64,000 nucleotides of DNA, from assembly GCF_009914755.1 (NCBI RefSeq), contig NC_060929.1; one strand, written 5' to 3'. The notes under the pieces were generated by a model, which saw nothing but the letters and a program-made list of their open reading frames with translations, did no database searches and was not told the DNA's origin. The stretch is from the human T2T-CHM13v2.0 reference genome, Homo sapiens. Positions 42,900-55,784 of this stretch are shown in pieces. Within the stretch, counting starts at the first letter, position 1. Each line of letters opens with the position of its first letter. A program made the position numbers and the translations under genes.

Positions 42900-43700
42900 T
42901 AAAGGACTGGCGGGGGTTGGGGGTGAAGGTGTGGGAGAAGGCGGAGCTTGTCCAGTCGGTCCAACAAACCCCACAGATGGCGAAATAGGGGGCGGGGAAG
43001 GAGCTTGAGATATTTTACAACCTGGGCTGTTTCAGTGGTTGATGGCGGATGGTTTTTGCCTTTTGGTCAGCCTGAGTATATACTATCATTCTACAATCGG
43101 CCAAATTCTGACAGAGAGGGAGACAGAGAGAGAGGTTGATTAAATTGATGCCCAAAACCAAGAAGGAGCAAAGAAATCGGGGCTGTTTGAAAAAGACTGC
43201 AGTGGCTGACTTGGGTGGTGAGCGGAAATAAGGAGGAGGGAGAGGCGGGGTGTCTCTGCGCGGAAAGCCTGGAAGTTCACTTGCAAACACAGAATCTGCA
43301 CAGCCTTCGGTGCCCTGACTCTTTCCTGGGCATCCAGAGGCAGCAGCAGCCGCCAGCGCCAAAGAACGAGCAGTCCAGGGGCTGGGCCGGAAACGGCTAT
43401 AATCATTTAATAGCCTTTGCCGGCTGCACTGACTTAGCAGAGTGGGCGGTAGGCAGGCTCCAGAGTGCTGTCTGGCAAGATAGTCCCCGGCTTTAATCAA
43501 AATGATGGGTTTTCTGGAAGCTCTTTATTAACCTCAGCACTGAAATCCCAGAGCTGGTAACAAAGGGATGAATGGGGAGCAAAGGGGCGGGGCCGAAACC
43601 TGGAGGCCGGGCTGCATCCGCACCCCTTCCCCCACCTCCACTCCTTTCAACTCATTCTGGCTTAGGGCTCCTGCTGGCATCTCTGTGCCTCCCAAATAGT
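42900..43700. promoter_or_regulatory. Intronic CpG/GC-rich regulatory element, probably the HS7 enhancer
   Basis: About 25 CpGs in about 710 bp by my count, non-repeat. GC boxes at 42989 and 43584, E-box CAGATGG at 42974, TAAT/TGAT motifs. It lies between constant exons 2 and 3, where HS7 is described; the identity is inferred from position. Confidence 0.55.
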
Positions 43701-43789
43701 AGTAACAAAACAGGCAATAACCATAATAATTGGCACATTTGTATAACGCTTTAGCATTTTCAAAGGATGACCTTGTTATACAGCTCAGG

Positions 43790-44150
43790 ATCTGAGTCTC
43801 CTAGCTGGAGTCAGACTCCCTAGATTTGAGTCCCAGGATCCACCAGTTAGTGACCATGTGACCATTAGTCCTTAGTCCCCTCATCTATAAAACAGACACA
43901 TAACACAGACAGAGATACTAGAAATGTCTACTTCATAGGGCTCTTGTCAGGACCAAAACCTATACGACGTGCAGATTTGTTTAACTCTGTTGCACACACA
44001 TAGGAAGGGCACAGTAAATGTTAACTACATCGACAACCCTGTGATGTAGACAGGAAGGGGATCATCTCCATTTTATGGATGAGGAAACTGAGGCTCAGAG
44101 ATATTTATGTAAATGGCCCAGGACTATGCACTAGTGAGAGAACCAGGGCA
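43790..44150. mobile_element. Two adjacent MIR fragments in opposite orientation
   Basis: Plus-strand core (ctggagtcagact...cctcatctataaaa...cttcataggg) then minus-strand core (ccatttta.ggatgaggaaactgaggctcagaga). Confidence 0.65.
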
Positions 44151-44614
44151 AGTCCTCAAGAACAGAAAGAGAACAAAGCAAGATGAAGAGAAGATCAGAA
44201 AAGTGAACACCCTCCAACACCCTCCAGCACATGCCCCTCTGAGAGCTTTCCTGAAAATAGTATCCTTGGTCAAAATGAGTTTATGTTCTATTAGGGAAAG
44301 TCAGTGTAAATCAGAAAAGCCCTCCTGGCCTTAACAGAACAGTTCCAAATGCAGATGAGGGTGAGTTTAACAGGCCTGGCATTTGCTTCACAATCTTCTG
44401 GCCCTTTCCTGGCATTTGCCTTGGCAAAGACTCTGACCTGATCAATCCTAGTCCCTGAGGCTCAACTCCATCAACTCAGGCAGCCAGGGTTAGTTTAGCA
44501 TGAAAGAGGAAAGCTGGAAATTTTGCCAAAAAGATTCCTGGGCAGTGCCTAAGGGAAGTGCCCAAATTGGATTATAGGATTACATGAAGTGGCCAGCTAC
44601 TTCCAGAGGGCAGG

Positions 44615-44899
44615 GTTTTTTGTTTGTTTGCTCTGTCACCCAGGCTGGAGTGCAGTGGTGCAATCTCAGCTCACTGAAACCTCCGCCTCCCGGGTTCGAG
44701 TGATTCTTATGCCTCAGCCTCCCAAGTAGATGAAATTACAGGCGTGCACCACCACAGTCTCGCTAATTTTTATAGTTTTAGTAGAGATGGGGTTTCACCA
44801 TGTTCCCTAGGCTGGTCTTGAACTCCTGGCTTCAAGTGATCCACCTGCCTCAGACTCCCAAAGTGCTGGGATTTTAGATGTGAGCCACCATTCCCGGCC
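44615..44899 (-). mobile_element. AluS, 3' end shortened
   Basis: Alu reverse complement; TSD ccagagggcag. Confidence 0.9.
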
Positions 44900-46721
44900 C
44901 CAGAGGGCAGTTTTTAAAGTAGAAGTGAAGATCTGTATGCATTTATTAAAATATATGTTGTTCTGATTTTAAAATATATCCCTACCAATTGTGAAGATAT
45001 CGGCTAATCCAATAAAAAAGCAAAACCATATTTTGTATAATTATGGTCGTATTCTGTTAAATAAACTTTTAAATCCTATTGGGTTGTAATCTGTAGTCTG
45101 GGAAGGGCTCTGCCTAACGATTCAGACCCCTACCAGATTTATATGTGTCTGAAATCCTCCTTCTAGCCTCTTAACAGGCCCATTCATTTGGGTCTTGACT
45201 GCATCCTCAGTCTTGTCTTTGCCTGAGGGTGAGCTAGGACCCTGGGAGCATAAGGGAGGGGACTTGCCGGAGATCCTAGAAGGGAAAGGAGGCAGCACTG
45301 AAAGAAGAAACATTTCCTTGATTGATCATTTGCTGATACTGGCCCCTGGTTGGGGTTAGGGGTAGAAATGTGCTTCTTCCGTTTTCATCTTCTTCAAAAG
45401 GGAGTATCTCCATGATTCTGCCCCAAAGGCATGACATTTTATAGGCAAAGCCAGCCAAGTGTCTTGAGTGCTCTTAACCAAAAGGAATTCAGATTAGGAG
45501 GTCAGTCAGTGTTTGTCAGATCCTTAAGCTTTTGTTTTACTGGAATGAGTCACAGTCTACATGCTGCTGAGCTCTCAGAGATGTTTGTTTTATACAACAA
45601 CCAGAACAGGTGAGGCACAGTGGTCTGTGAGGGACTGGAGAGACCACACCTTGTTCTGCTCTGCGGAAGCTGGACATGTGGAGGAGGCACCTGACTAGAT
45701 CTCTGCCTCCTGGAGTTTAGGCTGAGTCATATAGAACCAGGAAGCTCAGTGACATGTTAAAGTGGATTAACTCTTGGCAGTCCTGCTGTGAGGGGCTCCC
45801 TCTGCCAATACACACAGCCATTAATGTCCTTTAACTGTGCAAGATGAACATATCTCTGTGTTCTGCATCTCCAGATGACAGTGCTTAGGCCTCATGCAGA
45901 GTCCTGGTTATGGTTGAAGAAAAATTTCCATTTTGGGCTCTGAGGGCAACTAAAGGACTGTGGAGTGGTGCTGAAACCCAGTTTTAGGTGCCGAATCAGA
46001 GGTTTTTAAATACATTTCTCTCTTTTGTCTCAGTCTCTTAGAGACAGGACCTGTATTTTAAAGGTAAACAGGCAGATTCTGGCTGAGCTCAATTGCAGAT
46101 TTGATTAACTTAGATAGATCAAAGTCATTAGTCTCAGAGAAAAAATTTGTTTCTCATCCCTAAAGTGCTATTGTGTCAGCTCTGCCAGGGTGTAAGGAAA
46201 AGGGTTTGGAAGAGAGAAGAAAATTTCTTACCCTCTCTCGTCACTGCCTGCTGTAAATTTGCAGTATCATTATCTTGGTCTCCTAAGCCCTGAGAGCTGC
46301 ATTATATATAATTGCCCATATGTGATACCATTTACTGAATTCTTGCATTGTGCTAAGGATCAAGCTTAGTACTTTACATGCATTACATCATTGTCTTTAG
46401 GGACCCCAAAAGTGCCTCATTGGAGAGTTGTTTGGTCTGCTAAAGAGTGGGTACCACTTTCACTTCTCACATCAGTCCTTTCATTCATTCATCCAGCAAG
46501 TATTTACTAAACACCTGTTATGGGCCAGGAATTGTGCTAGGCACTGGTGATACATTGGTGAATAAACAGATACATTTTTTGCCTTTGTGAATCTTACAGT
46601 GGTAGAGAATAATAGGCCAAGGGGGTGCTGCTTGGCTAGGAATGTCATAGAATGCCTTTCCAAGGAGGTTACATTTAATACAGACTTGAAGAGTGAGGAG
46701 TCATGCTAAGAATGGATGAGA

Positions 46722-47036
<315 letters not shown>

Positions 47037-47092
47037 TCAAGACAAAAGCAAACCAGATGTGTAAAGATCCTGAGGCAAAAACAACTCCAAGG

Positions 47093-47250
47093 AGCCAGGT
47101 ATGGTGGCCTGTAGTCCCAGCCACTTGGGAGGCTGAGACAGGAGGGTCGATTGAGTCCAGGAGTTTGAGGTTACATCAAGCAATGATTGCACCACTGCAC
47201 TTCAGCCTGGTTGACAGAGTGAGAACCTATCTCTAACAAACAACAATAAA
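47093..47250 (+). mobile_element. Alu right monomer (FRAM/AluJ-like)
   Basis: Monomer with TSD aaaaacaa(c/t)tccaa.gag. Confidence 0.8.
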
Positions 47251-47463
47251 AAAACAATTCCAAAGAGTGTTTGAGGATCTGAAAGAAGGCCTGTATGGTT
47301 GGAGTATAATAGTAAGAGGGAGATTTGTAGATGAGAGTGGAGAAGAAATAAAAATCAGATTATTGAAGGGACTTATGTATCATGGTAAGGAGTTTTTTTT
47401 TTTTTTCTCAAGGCAGTAGAAAGCTTAAGCAGAGGAGTGATATAATCTGATTTATATTTTTAA

Positions 47464-47798
<335 letters not shown>

Positions 47799-48478
47799 TG
47801 TTATACATCAGTTTTTAAAGAGAGACATTAAGAAATAAAGATGACTCTGGCTACTGTGTGGAGGGTTGGAGAGAAGCAAAAGTGGAAGCAGACTGAATAA
47901 GGAGACTATTGCTGCAATTCATATAAGAGATGATGGTGTCCTGAAAGAGTGGTGGCAGTGAAAATTGGGAGAAGAGGACAGAGTCAAGATATATTTAGGA
48001 GGCAGAAATGACAGGTCTTGATGATGTATTATAAATGGAGAATGAAGAATAGAATAGAGAAAAATGAATAATTAGCTTTGAACTTTCTGGCTTGAGAAAT
48101 GGGGTAAATGGGGTGTAATTTACTGAAACTGGAAAGATTTAGAAAGGAATAGATTCGAGGAATCAAGAGTTTGATTTCAGATTTCTTCAGTTTGGGATGC
48201 CCATGAGATTTCCAACTGGGGATACCAGATAGGCAGTTATACATGAGATTGGAGCACAGAGAGATGTGGGCTTAAAATATAAGTCTGCATCTCATCAGCT
48301 TATTCATATGGTATTTATATCTATGGATATGGCTGAGATCCCAAAAGGAGAGAGTGAAGAGAAAATAGAGAAGAGAGTCTAGGGCCAAACCCAAGGAAGC
48401 TTCAACACACAGATGAGGAGACTGACAAAGGAAACTGTCAAAGAACAGTCAGAGAGAAAGGTCAGGAGAATGTTTTGA

Positions 48479-49374
48479 TGGTGGGGGCCAGAATATGCTG
48501 TCCCAAAATAAGAAGGATTGTTGAGCTGAAGGCAAGTTAAAAGAAGCAGATACAGGCTGGGTGCAGTGGGCTCATGCCTGTAATCTTAGCATTTTGGGAG
48601 GCTAAAGTGGACAGATTGCCTGAGCTCAGGAGTTCGAGACCAGCCTGGGCAACATGATGGAACACCATCTCTACTAAAATACAAAAAAAAAAAAAAAAAA
48701 AAAAATTAGCCAGGCATGGTGGCATGTGCCTGTAGTCCCAGCTACTCAGGAGGCTGAGGCACGAGAATTACTTGGACCTAGGAGGCAGAGACTGCAGTGA
48801 GCTGATATCTCGCCACTGCACTCCAGCTTGGGCAACAGAGCAAGGCTCTATCTCAAATTTAAAAAATAATAATCATGATAATAATAAAAGAAGCAGATAT
48901 AGGAGAGGTCTTCTGCCCTCCCTGTATTTGCCTAAAAAACCATAAATTTACAAAGACAAAAGTTATCCTACTTCCACCTCCCTCCTCTGCCTCCCACCAC
49001 CAGGGAGAACAAAGGTTAACCACTGAAGATAACTTTGGACTCTTATTGGCCTGGAAATGGTACTGCTTTACAAATTAGCCTTTATCTGCCATTCATTTGC
49101 CTTCCCCCAAGTAGCTACCCATTAGAGACTCAAAGTCCTTAAAGGTCTTTTCCTTTGTCTTACACTTCTTTAAAAATTTATTGTTCTTTGTTGAAGATGC
49201 TATATAAGCTGGAATTCTAAGCCACCTTTTTGAGAACTGCTCATTCTCTGGGTGTCTGTCATGTATATATGAAATGTACATGTTAATAAACTTCTGTTTC
49301 CTTTTTTTTCTTGTTAATCTGCCTTTTGTAACAGGGGTCCAGTCCATCTAAGAACTTATTGGGGTTATTCTACA
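48479..49374 (+). mobile_element. MER34-family (ERV1) solo LTR split by an Alu
   Basis: TG...CA ends; start ccagaatatgc...cccaaaata.gaaggattgttgagctgaaggcaa; TATA (gctatataagc) near 49200 and AATAAA at 49285. Confidence 0.78.
48555..48885 (+). mobile_element. Alu (S/J) inserted in the MER34 LTR
   Basis: Full-length Alu with expanded middle A tract; TSD aaaagaagcagata(c/t)a. Confidence 0.92.
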
Positions 49375-50392
49375 TGACAAAGAACTCATGAGAATAAGTG
49401 TTTCAAGAAGGGGATGACAAATGCTGCTGAGAGGTTTGATAAGATGAGGACTAAAATGTGACCATTGATTGTGGAAGTAATATAATGAACTTGACATGAG
49501 TTATGTTAGAAAATTACTGCTCAGGGACACCAAATTAGAGGAGACTGAGAAGTAATAGGAAATTGAAATAGCAGTTGTACCCAACCCTAAACTGTAATTG
49601 AACATAAACAGTTTATTTGATGGAGCTTTTCACGTGTCAACCAAAGGAGCAGTGTTAGATACATAAACATTGCTATGATGTCAGAGTTCCAATGTCATGG
49701 CCACTGGGATCACTTTGCCCAGACAGACCATTACCCTTCCTCTCCAGCTCTGACTTCTACTCTTCTAGAAGTCACTGGTATACTTTATGGTGTGTCTTCC
49801 AATCAGACTCTTGGGAATGTCTTTTATTGAAAACTCCTGTGGATGCATAATCATTTTCCCAAGACTCAGGGCAGATTTCACCTCCTCTGGAACCCCATTA
49901 ACTTTCTCAAGTATAATTAACAATTTCTTCTTCTGGAGTCCCACAATACTTTACATATACTTTAGTTATTGCATGTATTAAGTTGGTTTCTAGTTGCTTG
50001 AGTGTATGTCCAACTAGACTGTGAGCACACTGAGGGAAGGAATTTGGCTTGGAAAGTAAAATTGGCTCCCAGTGTTTTATCTAAACAAATAGGCTCAATT
50101 TACAACAGGATTCCATCCTCTTACGCTGTGTATTCCCATCTCTTCCATGCTGCATCCCACCACCCTTCAATGTTATTACAATAAAATTAAGATCAAATAA
50201 TTTATTCAGCTAATTTTTCTTGTTTTGGACAAAATAGACATCCTAATACATTTATAGCCAAAGTTTAATCTAGACACTAAAAGGAGCATATTTTGCCTTT
50301 AGGCTCTGTATTTCCCATCCCGTTCCCAGTCAAGATAATCACAACTGTATTCTTTAGGAAATTCTTCACAAAGAACCAAACATATGTTACTA

Positions 50393-50757
<365 letters not shown>

Positions 50758-50913
50758 GTAAACACTTGCCTTGCCCTCAGACTTGAACAAACAACTCGTG
50801 ATTTTTCTGGGGAGGTTCAGCCTGCCTATGCAGTACTCCTGTACTCTACCAGCAGTGTGGCATCAAGAGCATGTGTTGACCCTGTTAATGATTTGTAATG
50901 TTTTGTCTTTCAG

Positions 50914-51224
50914 AACCAGAGGCAGGAGAAGTGTCCCCTCCAGTCGGTGCGGGTGTCAACAGCAACAGCTGGACCTTTAAATACGGACCAGGCAACCCCA
51001 AACAATCCGGTCCCGGTGAGTTGCCCGACAAATTCATTATCCCAGGATCTCCTGCAATCATCTCCATCCGGCAGGAGCCTACTAACAGCCAAATTGACAA
51101 AAGTGACTTCATAACCTTCGGCAAAAAGGAGGAGACCAAGAAAAAGAAGAAAAAGAAGAAGGGTAACAAGACCCAGGAGAAAAAAGAGAAAGGGAACAGC
51201 ACGACTGACAACAGTGACCAGTGA
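50914..51224 (+). CDS. PCDHAC2: Protocadherin-alpha constant exon 3, A-type C-terminus ([10 protein letters not shown]...[20 protein letters not shown]...NSDQ*)
   Basis: tgtctttcag|AACCAG acceptor; matches ORF-track 50898..51224. Contains the WIRS-type motif FITFG and the lysine-rich tail. Spliced total is 855+152=1007 aa. Confidence 0.97.
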
Positions 51225-51452
51225 GGTCCTCAAATGGAAACAAGCCACTTAGCCAGTTTTTGTAATAATGGCAAATCTCTCCCATGTAGCAATTCCCTGC
51301 TCCTTTTTCCTATCTACATGAGCCCTCTTAGAGACCTCAGAAATCTGCAGAAAGTTCCCTGTGTCTGTCTAGAACGCATTTAACAGGTTTTGTCGTAAAA
51401 GCTTTACTAAGTCTGGTGTTAACTCTTTCTCTCCACTCTGGCTTGTTTTCAG

Positions 51453-51523
51453 AACCTAAAAAGCAGACCCAAGTTTCCTTTCTCCTCCGCCGCAAAGGAG
51501 AGGCTTCCCAGCCCCGCCAGTGA
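51453..51523 (+). CDS. PCDHAC2: B-type alternative C-terminus (EPKKQTQVSFLLRRKGEASQPRQ*), reached by removing the internal intron 51016-51452
   Basis: Donor CCCG|gtgagt at 51015/51016 and acceptor ttgttttcag|AACC at 51452/51453 are in frame. Fits the known A/B alternative splicing of the Pcdh-alpha constant region. Confidence 0.88.
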
Positions 51524-53609
51524 GAGGTTGGACTCTCTGCCCTGTGCTCCGGGGATCCTGTCTTGATGACACTTGCAGGGCAGGCTGAAAAGTTTTGAGA
51601 TTGAGCAGCTTGGGAGTTTGTGGCCACTGGGTATGTGTGGCTACCGCGGGTATGCGAGTGCCAGATATTGGCTGAGACGAGCCAGCTTAGACTAATTGGT
51701 ACAAGGAAGGCAAGAAAACAAAGACAAATAAACAGCGGAAGTTATCAGTATGGAGGGGAAGTGTAAACTTAAAGGGACCAGACTTTCTAAATCTTACAAC
51801 TCAAGAGGTGGCAGCCACCCTCTAGGAGACAAAACTACCCCCACTGACAAGGCTTTAGGAGACCCTAAAGTCTGTTGGCTGTGACGTCATTATACCTAAA
51901 ATCTGCATCATACCTGCAAGCCAACAGTTCAGTGTTTTAACAGAGAACCACCCTGGGAAACAGAAGCAGATCTGATGTGTTTCCTATACATGTCCTGTGC
52001 TCACTTTATTAAAAATTCTTTTGCACACAATGTTTATGAAAAGGCCAGATCCTTTTCCAATACTTATGCAAAAGCAAAAGAAAACCCCGACACCTCACCT
52101 TTCGCTGTTTGTTGTTTCATAGATTTATTTAAAAAAAGAGAAAGTCTATAGCTATAAATCTTTAAAGAGAAATATGAATACAATTCCCCTAAACTCTCCT
52201 CAAAAGAGAATTCAGTCTACAGCCATTTAAATGATCATTGCTGCTACAGAAGTGCTTTAAGAGAATTGCCTGAAACATCTGTATTATATCGGCCACCTGC
52301 CAATCACAGCTTTACTCTTTCAGGTCACTCTGGGGCTGCCTCTTGCATGTATTACTAAATAAAATGATCTCTCTTTCTCTCTCTCTCTCTCTTTTCTAAG
52401 AAACAATTATGTGCACTTTGATACACAACCTTCTCTAACCAACTATATATCAAGACCCAAAAATTGAAGAAAAATATTGTTTTCTCATACAGTGAGCAGA
52501 TTTTTCAATCTACTAATTCTGTGACTTGTCTTGGTGTGCTAGCCTACACCTTCTCTTTGGTTTAGTTTTCCTTTTCTATAACACTCTGAATTGCTAATCT
52601 TACTAACACCTATGATGTTACCTGAAATCAATCTCCCATATGTATGCTGTATGCTATGCTAAGACTCCTGAAATATACTTACTCTGTGCTTGTGTATGTG
52701 AATGTTAATGCAACTATTACCTAGAGTGAACTTTAAGCTTTATTGTTGAATGTAATTCCATTATATTTCCTTTTGTACACCTGTGAAAAAGTGGAGTAGT
52801 GTTTTTTTAACCATTGTTAATCAGCTTTTGTGTATGAAAGACACAGTAAAATTTCTTTCTTAAATCAAGATACTGGTGATTCAAGGAATTTTATTTATGG
52901 TCCAGCCAAGAGCCATCTCGTGCCAAGACTTCTGCTGGCAAGGGAATGGATAAAGCTGTTTTGTTCTAGTAACAATTTTGGAATGAATACTGACAATATT
53001 CCATGAGGGTGTGCAAGCACAAATTTTACCAATCTGACCTCTTTGAAGTTGCAGAATGCTTTGAAATTCTAATGGTATCTGAAATATCAGCTCATAGAAA
53101 GTAACAAAATTTGCTGTCACCTTAAATAAGACATTTTAATTTTGTTATAATGTACAATTTAGAAGTTTGATTAATTATATTATCTATTTAGGCATTAATA
53201 TAAAAGAGGTAGGAGTCTGTTATTTAAAAAAAGCATTAAATTTAAAAAAAAACTGTCTTGTCTACTTTTAGCTTCATTCTCCCATATTTTGAAGGGTGTG
53301 TAACTTCAGCTCTGCAGGATTGCATGGGGTAAAACTTGTTACCAACACATGTGAACCATTGCTACATTGTAGGTTGTGATCATTTTGCCCCACTGAAGCC
53401 CATGTATCTGACCTTACGTGCCTTTTGAACTAGGAGAATCGGGCTAATTTATTAATGATGATAATTATAATGTATCTGTACAGCACTTTTTACATTTGCG
53501 AAGTGCTTTCCAATCCATGTTAGTTACTAGTTATTACAGCTGTAAGGATAAAACACGTCATGTGGATTCATTTTGAATTGGTGCTATTGGTATTTCCTCT
53601 GTTATTGCT

Positions 53610-53615
53610 AATAAA
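53610..53615 (+). terminator. Distal polyadenylation signal AATAAA
   Basis: Canonical hexamer at the end of the repeat-free UTR block, followed by GT-rich sequence. Confidence 0.75.
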
Positions 53616-53996
53616 TGAAAATGGTGGTATGAAAGAAATGGTGGTCATTTCTAAGAATAGGAGGAAATAGAACACTGATAAGCAATTAATACTGAAGAAG
53701 ATTGCTGCAGTATGAAACTCACTGTAACACTCTCTTATCACGTTAGCTTTTATGTCCATTACTAAGGCAAAAGCCCCAGTGGAATCAAGATTCAAACTTC
53801 ATATCATTAGAATGGGCAGCCAGGAGGTTGCTGCGTCACTTTGTAGTTACACTATTTCAGTTTTCTCTAATAAGAATTGCAACAAACCCATTTTTATCAC
53901 AAGAGCCCTTCTAGGCATCTTTTTCATTACTTGTTTAGCCCTTGCACCTCTCTACAATTGGAAAGCCAAGTGACACCCCAAAGAAATGAACTTTTA

Positions 53997-54118
53997 GGTC
54001 AGGGATAGTGGCTCTTGCCTGTAATCTCAGAACTTTGGAAGGCCAAGGCCAGAGGATGGCTTGAGGCCAGGAGTTCAAGATCAGCCTGGGCAGCATAGCG
54101 AGATCCCATCTGTACAAA
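53997..54118 (+). mobile_element. FLAM / Alu left monomer
   Basis: Monomer with TSD aagaaat(g)aactttta. Confidence 0.82.
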
Positions 54119-54240
54119 AAGAAATAACTTTTATTGAGTACAGGGTGTATGCCAGCCACACTACTGCATAGGTTCAGCTGTGACAAATAGATTGTTTTGT
54201 CCTTTTGTAGTTAAATTTGTATAAATATAAGCTTTAGATG

Positions 54241-54464
54241 CTGTAGGTTCTCAGTTAGGAGCAATTTTGCCCTCCTGGGGACATTTGGCAACGTCTGAAG
54301 TCATTGTTGCTTTTCATTACTTGAAGTGGAGGGTGCTATTGGCATCTACTGGGTAGGGGGCAACGATGCTGTGAAACACCTGGCAATGCACAGGACAGCC
54401 CCCTATAACAAAGGATCTTACAGCCCAACATGTCAATGTCTCAAATCAAGATTGAGAAACCTTG
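54241..54464 (+). mobile_element. MER20 (hAT-Charlie)
   Basis: ggttctca...attttgccc.cc.ggggacatttggcaa.gtctg...ggcatcta.tgggtag...atgcacaggacagcccc...ttgagaaacc. Confidence 0.85.
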
Positions 54465-54467
54465 AGA

Positions 54468-54594
54468 TAGAGTGACCATATAATTTGTGTAGTCCACTTT
54501 TGAAATGGAACAGGAGACACCATTCGTTATTACTTCAGGATTCAAGATGTAAACTGGGACTGTCCCAGGCTAACTGGGATTTATAGGGACTCTA
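54468..54594 (+). mobile_element. MER94-like (hAT-Blackjack)
   Basis: tagagtgaccatataattt...gtaaactgggactgtcccaggc.aactggga. Confidence 0.65.
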
Positions 54595-55784
54595 TAAATA
54601 AACTGGTATAGCTGTGCCACTAACTAGATGGGGAATTTGAGGCAAACCACTACTTCTCTCAGTTTTTCAGTCATCTCTAAACTGGTCATAATTATAATAC
54701 AGACCTTATAGATTTGTGAGGTAATCTTAAAAGGTTTTAGCAGGTCTGGCACACCATAGTACTCAATAAATATTATTATTTATTAATCCTTTTCTTCCAT
54801 TTCCTTACCCCCTTTTCAGAGATTTAGCTATTAGACCCAGGGAACTTTTCCTACTGACTAAAATGTGAATGAGGGATGGCCAAAAAAATCAACATAGTCT
54901 TGGCAATAAAAATATTTTATTTACTCCTCCGCTCTTTTGCTCACCCCAGGAGGAAAAGAAATAAAGTCAGTTTCATAACTCCTTACCTATTTCTATCATA
55001 ATAATAATCAAATCCCTAAGTAGTCAAGTGGCCAGTCTGTTTGCAGCTATTTCACCTCAATTATTGGTGATCTGAAAGCCAGAAACCAAAGGGTTTGAAG
55101 TACAACAGCTTGAGAGAGAAAGAGAAGAGTCACCTCCAACAACTTCTTTCGGCAGATGAGCAAAACAGAAATGCCAAATTACCCACAGACTTGCCTGGGA
55201 TTTCACAGGCAATAAAGGACAAGACAGGTGCATCTCTCTCAAGGGTCAGGCTACTTGATATAAGTCTCACATATACAGAGTGCAGGATTCATTCTTTAGA
55301 AATATTGCAATTGATCTAATTTTAAAGGATGAGATTCTCCAATGAGTGTCTAGAGCCTTGGCTTTGAATTTTAGGCTCCTAGGTAAGATTGTAAGTGCCA
55401 GGATCTCATGTTAATGTATTTTACGTTTAAATTATAAACATTATGTTTGTTATAAACCCCAATCTAAAGTACAAATGTAACTGACCAAACACTAATGCAA
55501 TTTTACTGTTAAATCTAGATTTAAAAACCATGCAAACATTAAGAGATACAATAAAACAAGTAAACAAACAAAACTACAGATACAGTTCCTCAAGACTTTC
55601 AGTCCCTGGAGCTTTTCCAGGAAATGGAAATGGAAATAAGTTGGCCACTCTTTGACCTATTTCATCATATTTTCATGTGCTTCCTTTCCTTGTAGAAAAA
55701 GCTGATTATGTTATTTCCCTCAAAATTACCTTGACTGTTGGCTGGCAGGACACAACTTGCAACCTGAGAAATTTCTTCTGGCTT

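Larger units (their letters stand above)
51225..53632 (+). other. Shared PCDHA 3' UTR (about 2.4 kb, Alu-free)
   Basis: Runs from the A-type stop to AATAAA at 53610-53615. No interspersed repeat recognised. The 3' end is approximate. Confidence 0.8.

Noticed and set aside
42968-42983. CTCF-like motif ccccacagatggcga
   Set aside because: Two mismatches in the core 5' positions; better explained as an E-box/YY1-like overlap.
45956-45976. REST/NRSE-like site (gtggtgctgaa)
   Set aside because: Only one half-site matches; the GCTGTCC half is absent at canonical spacing.
51284-53367. 10-nt complementarity between the UTR ends (atgtagcaat / attgctacat)
   Set aside because: A few 10-mer complementary pairs are expected by chance in a 2.4-kb UTR.
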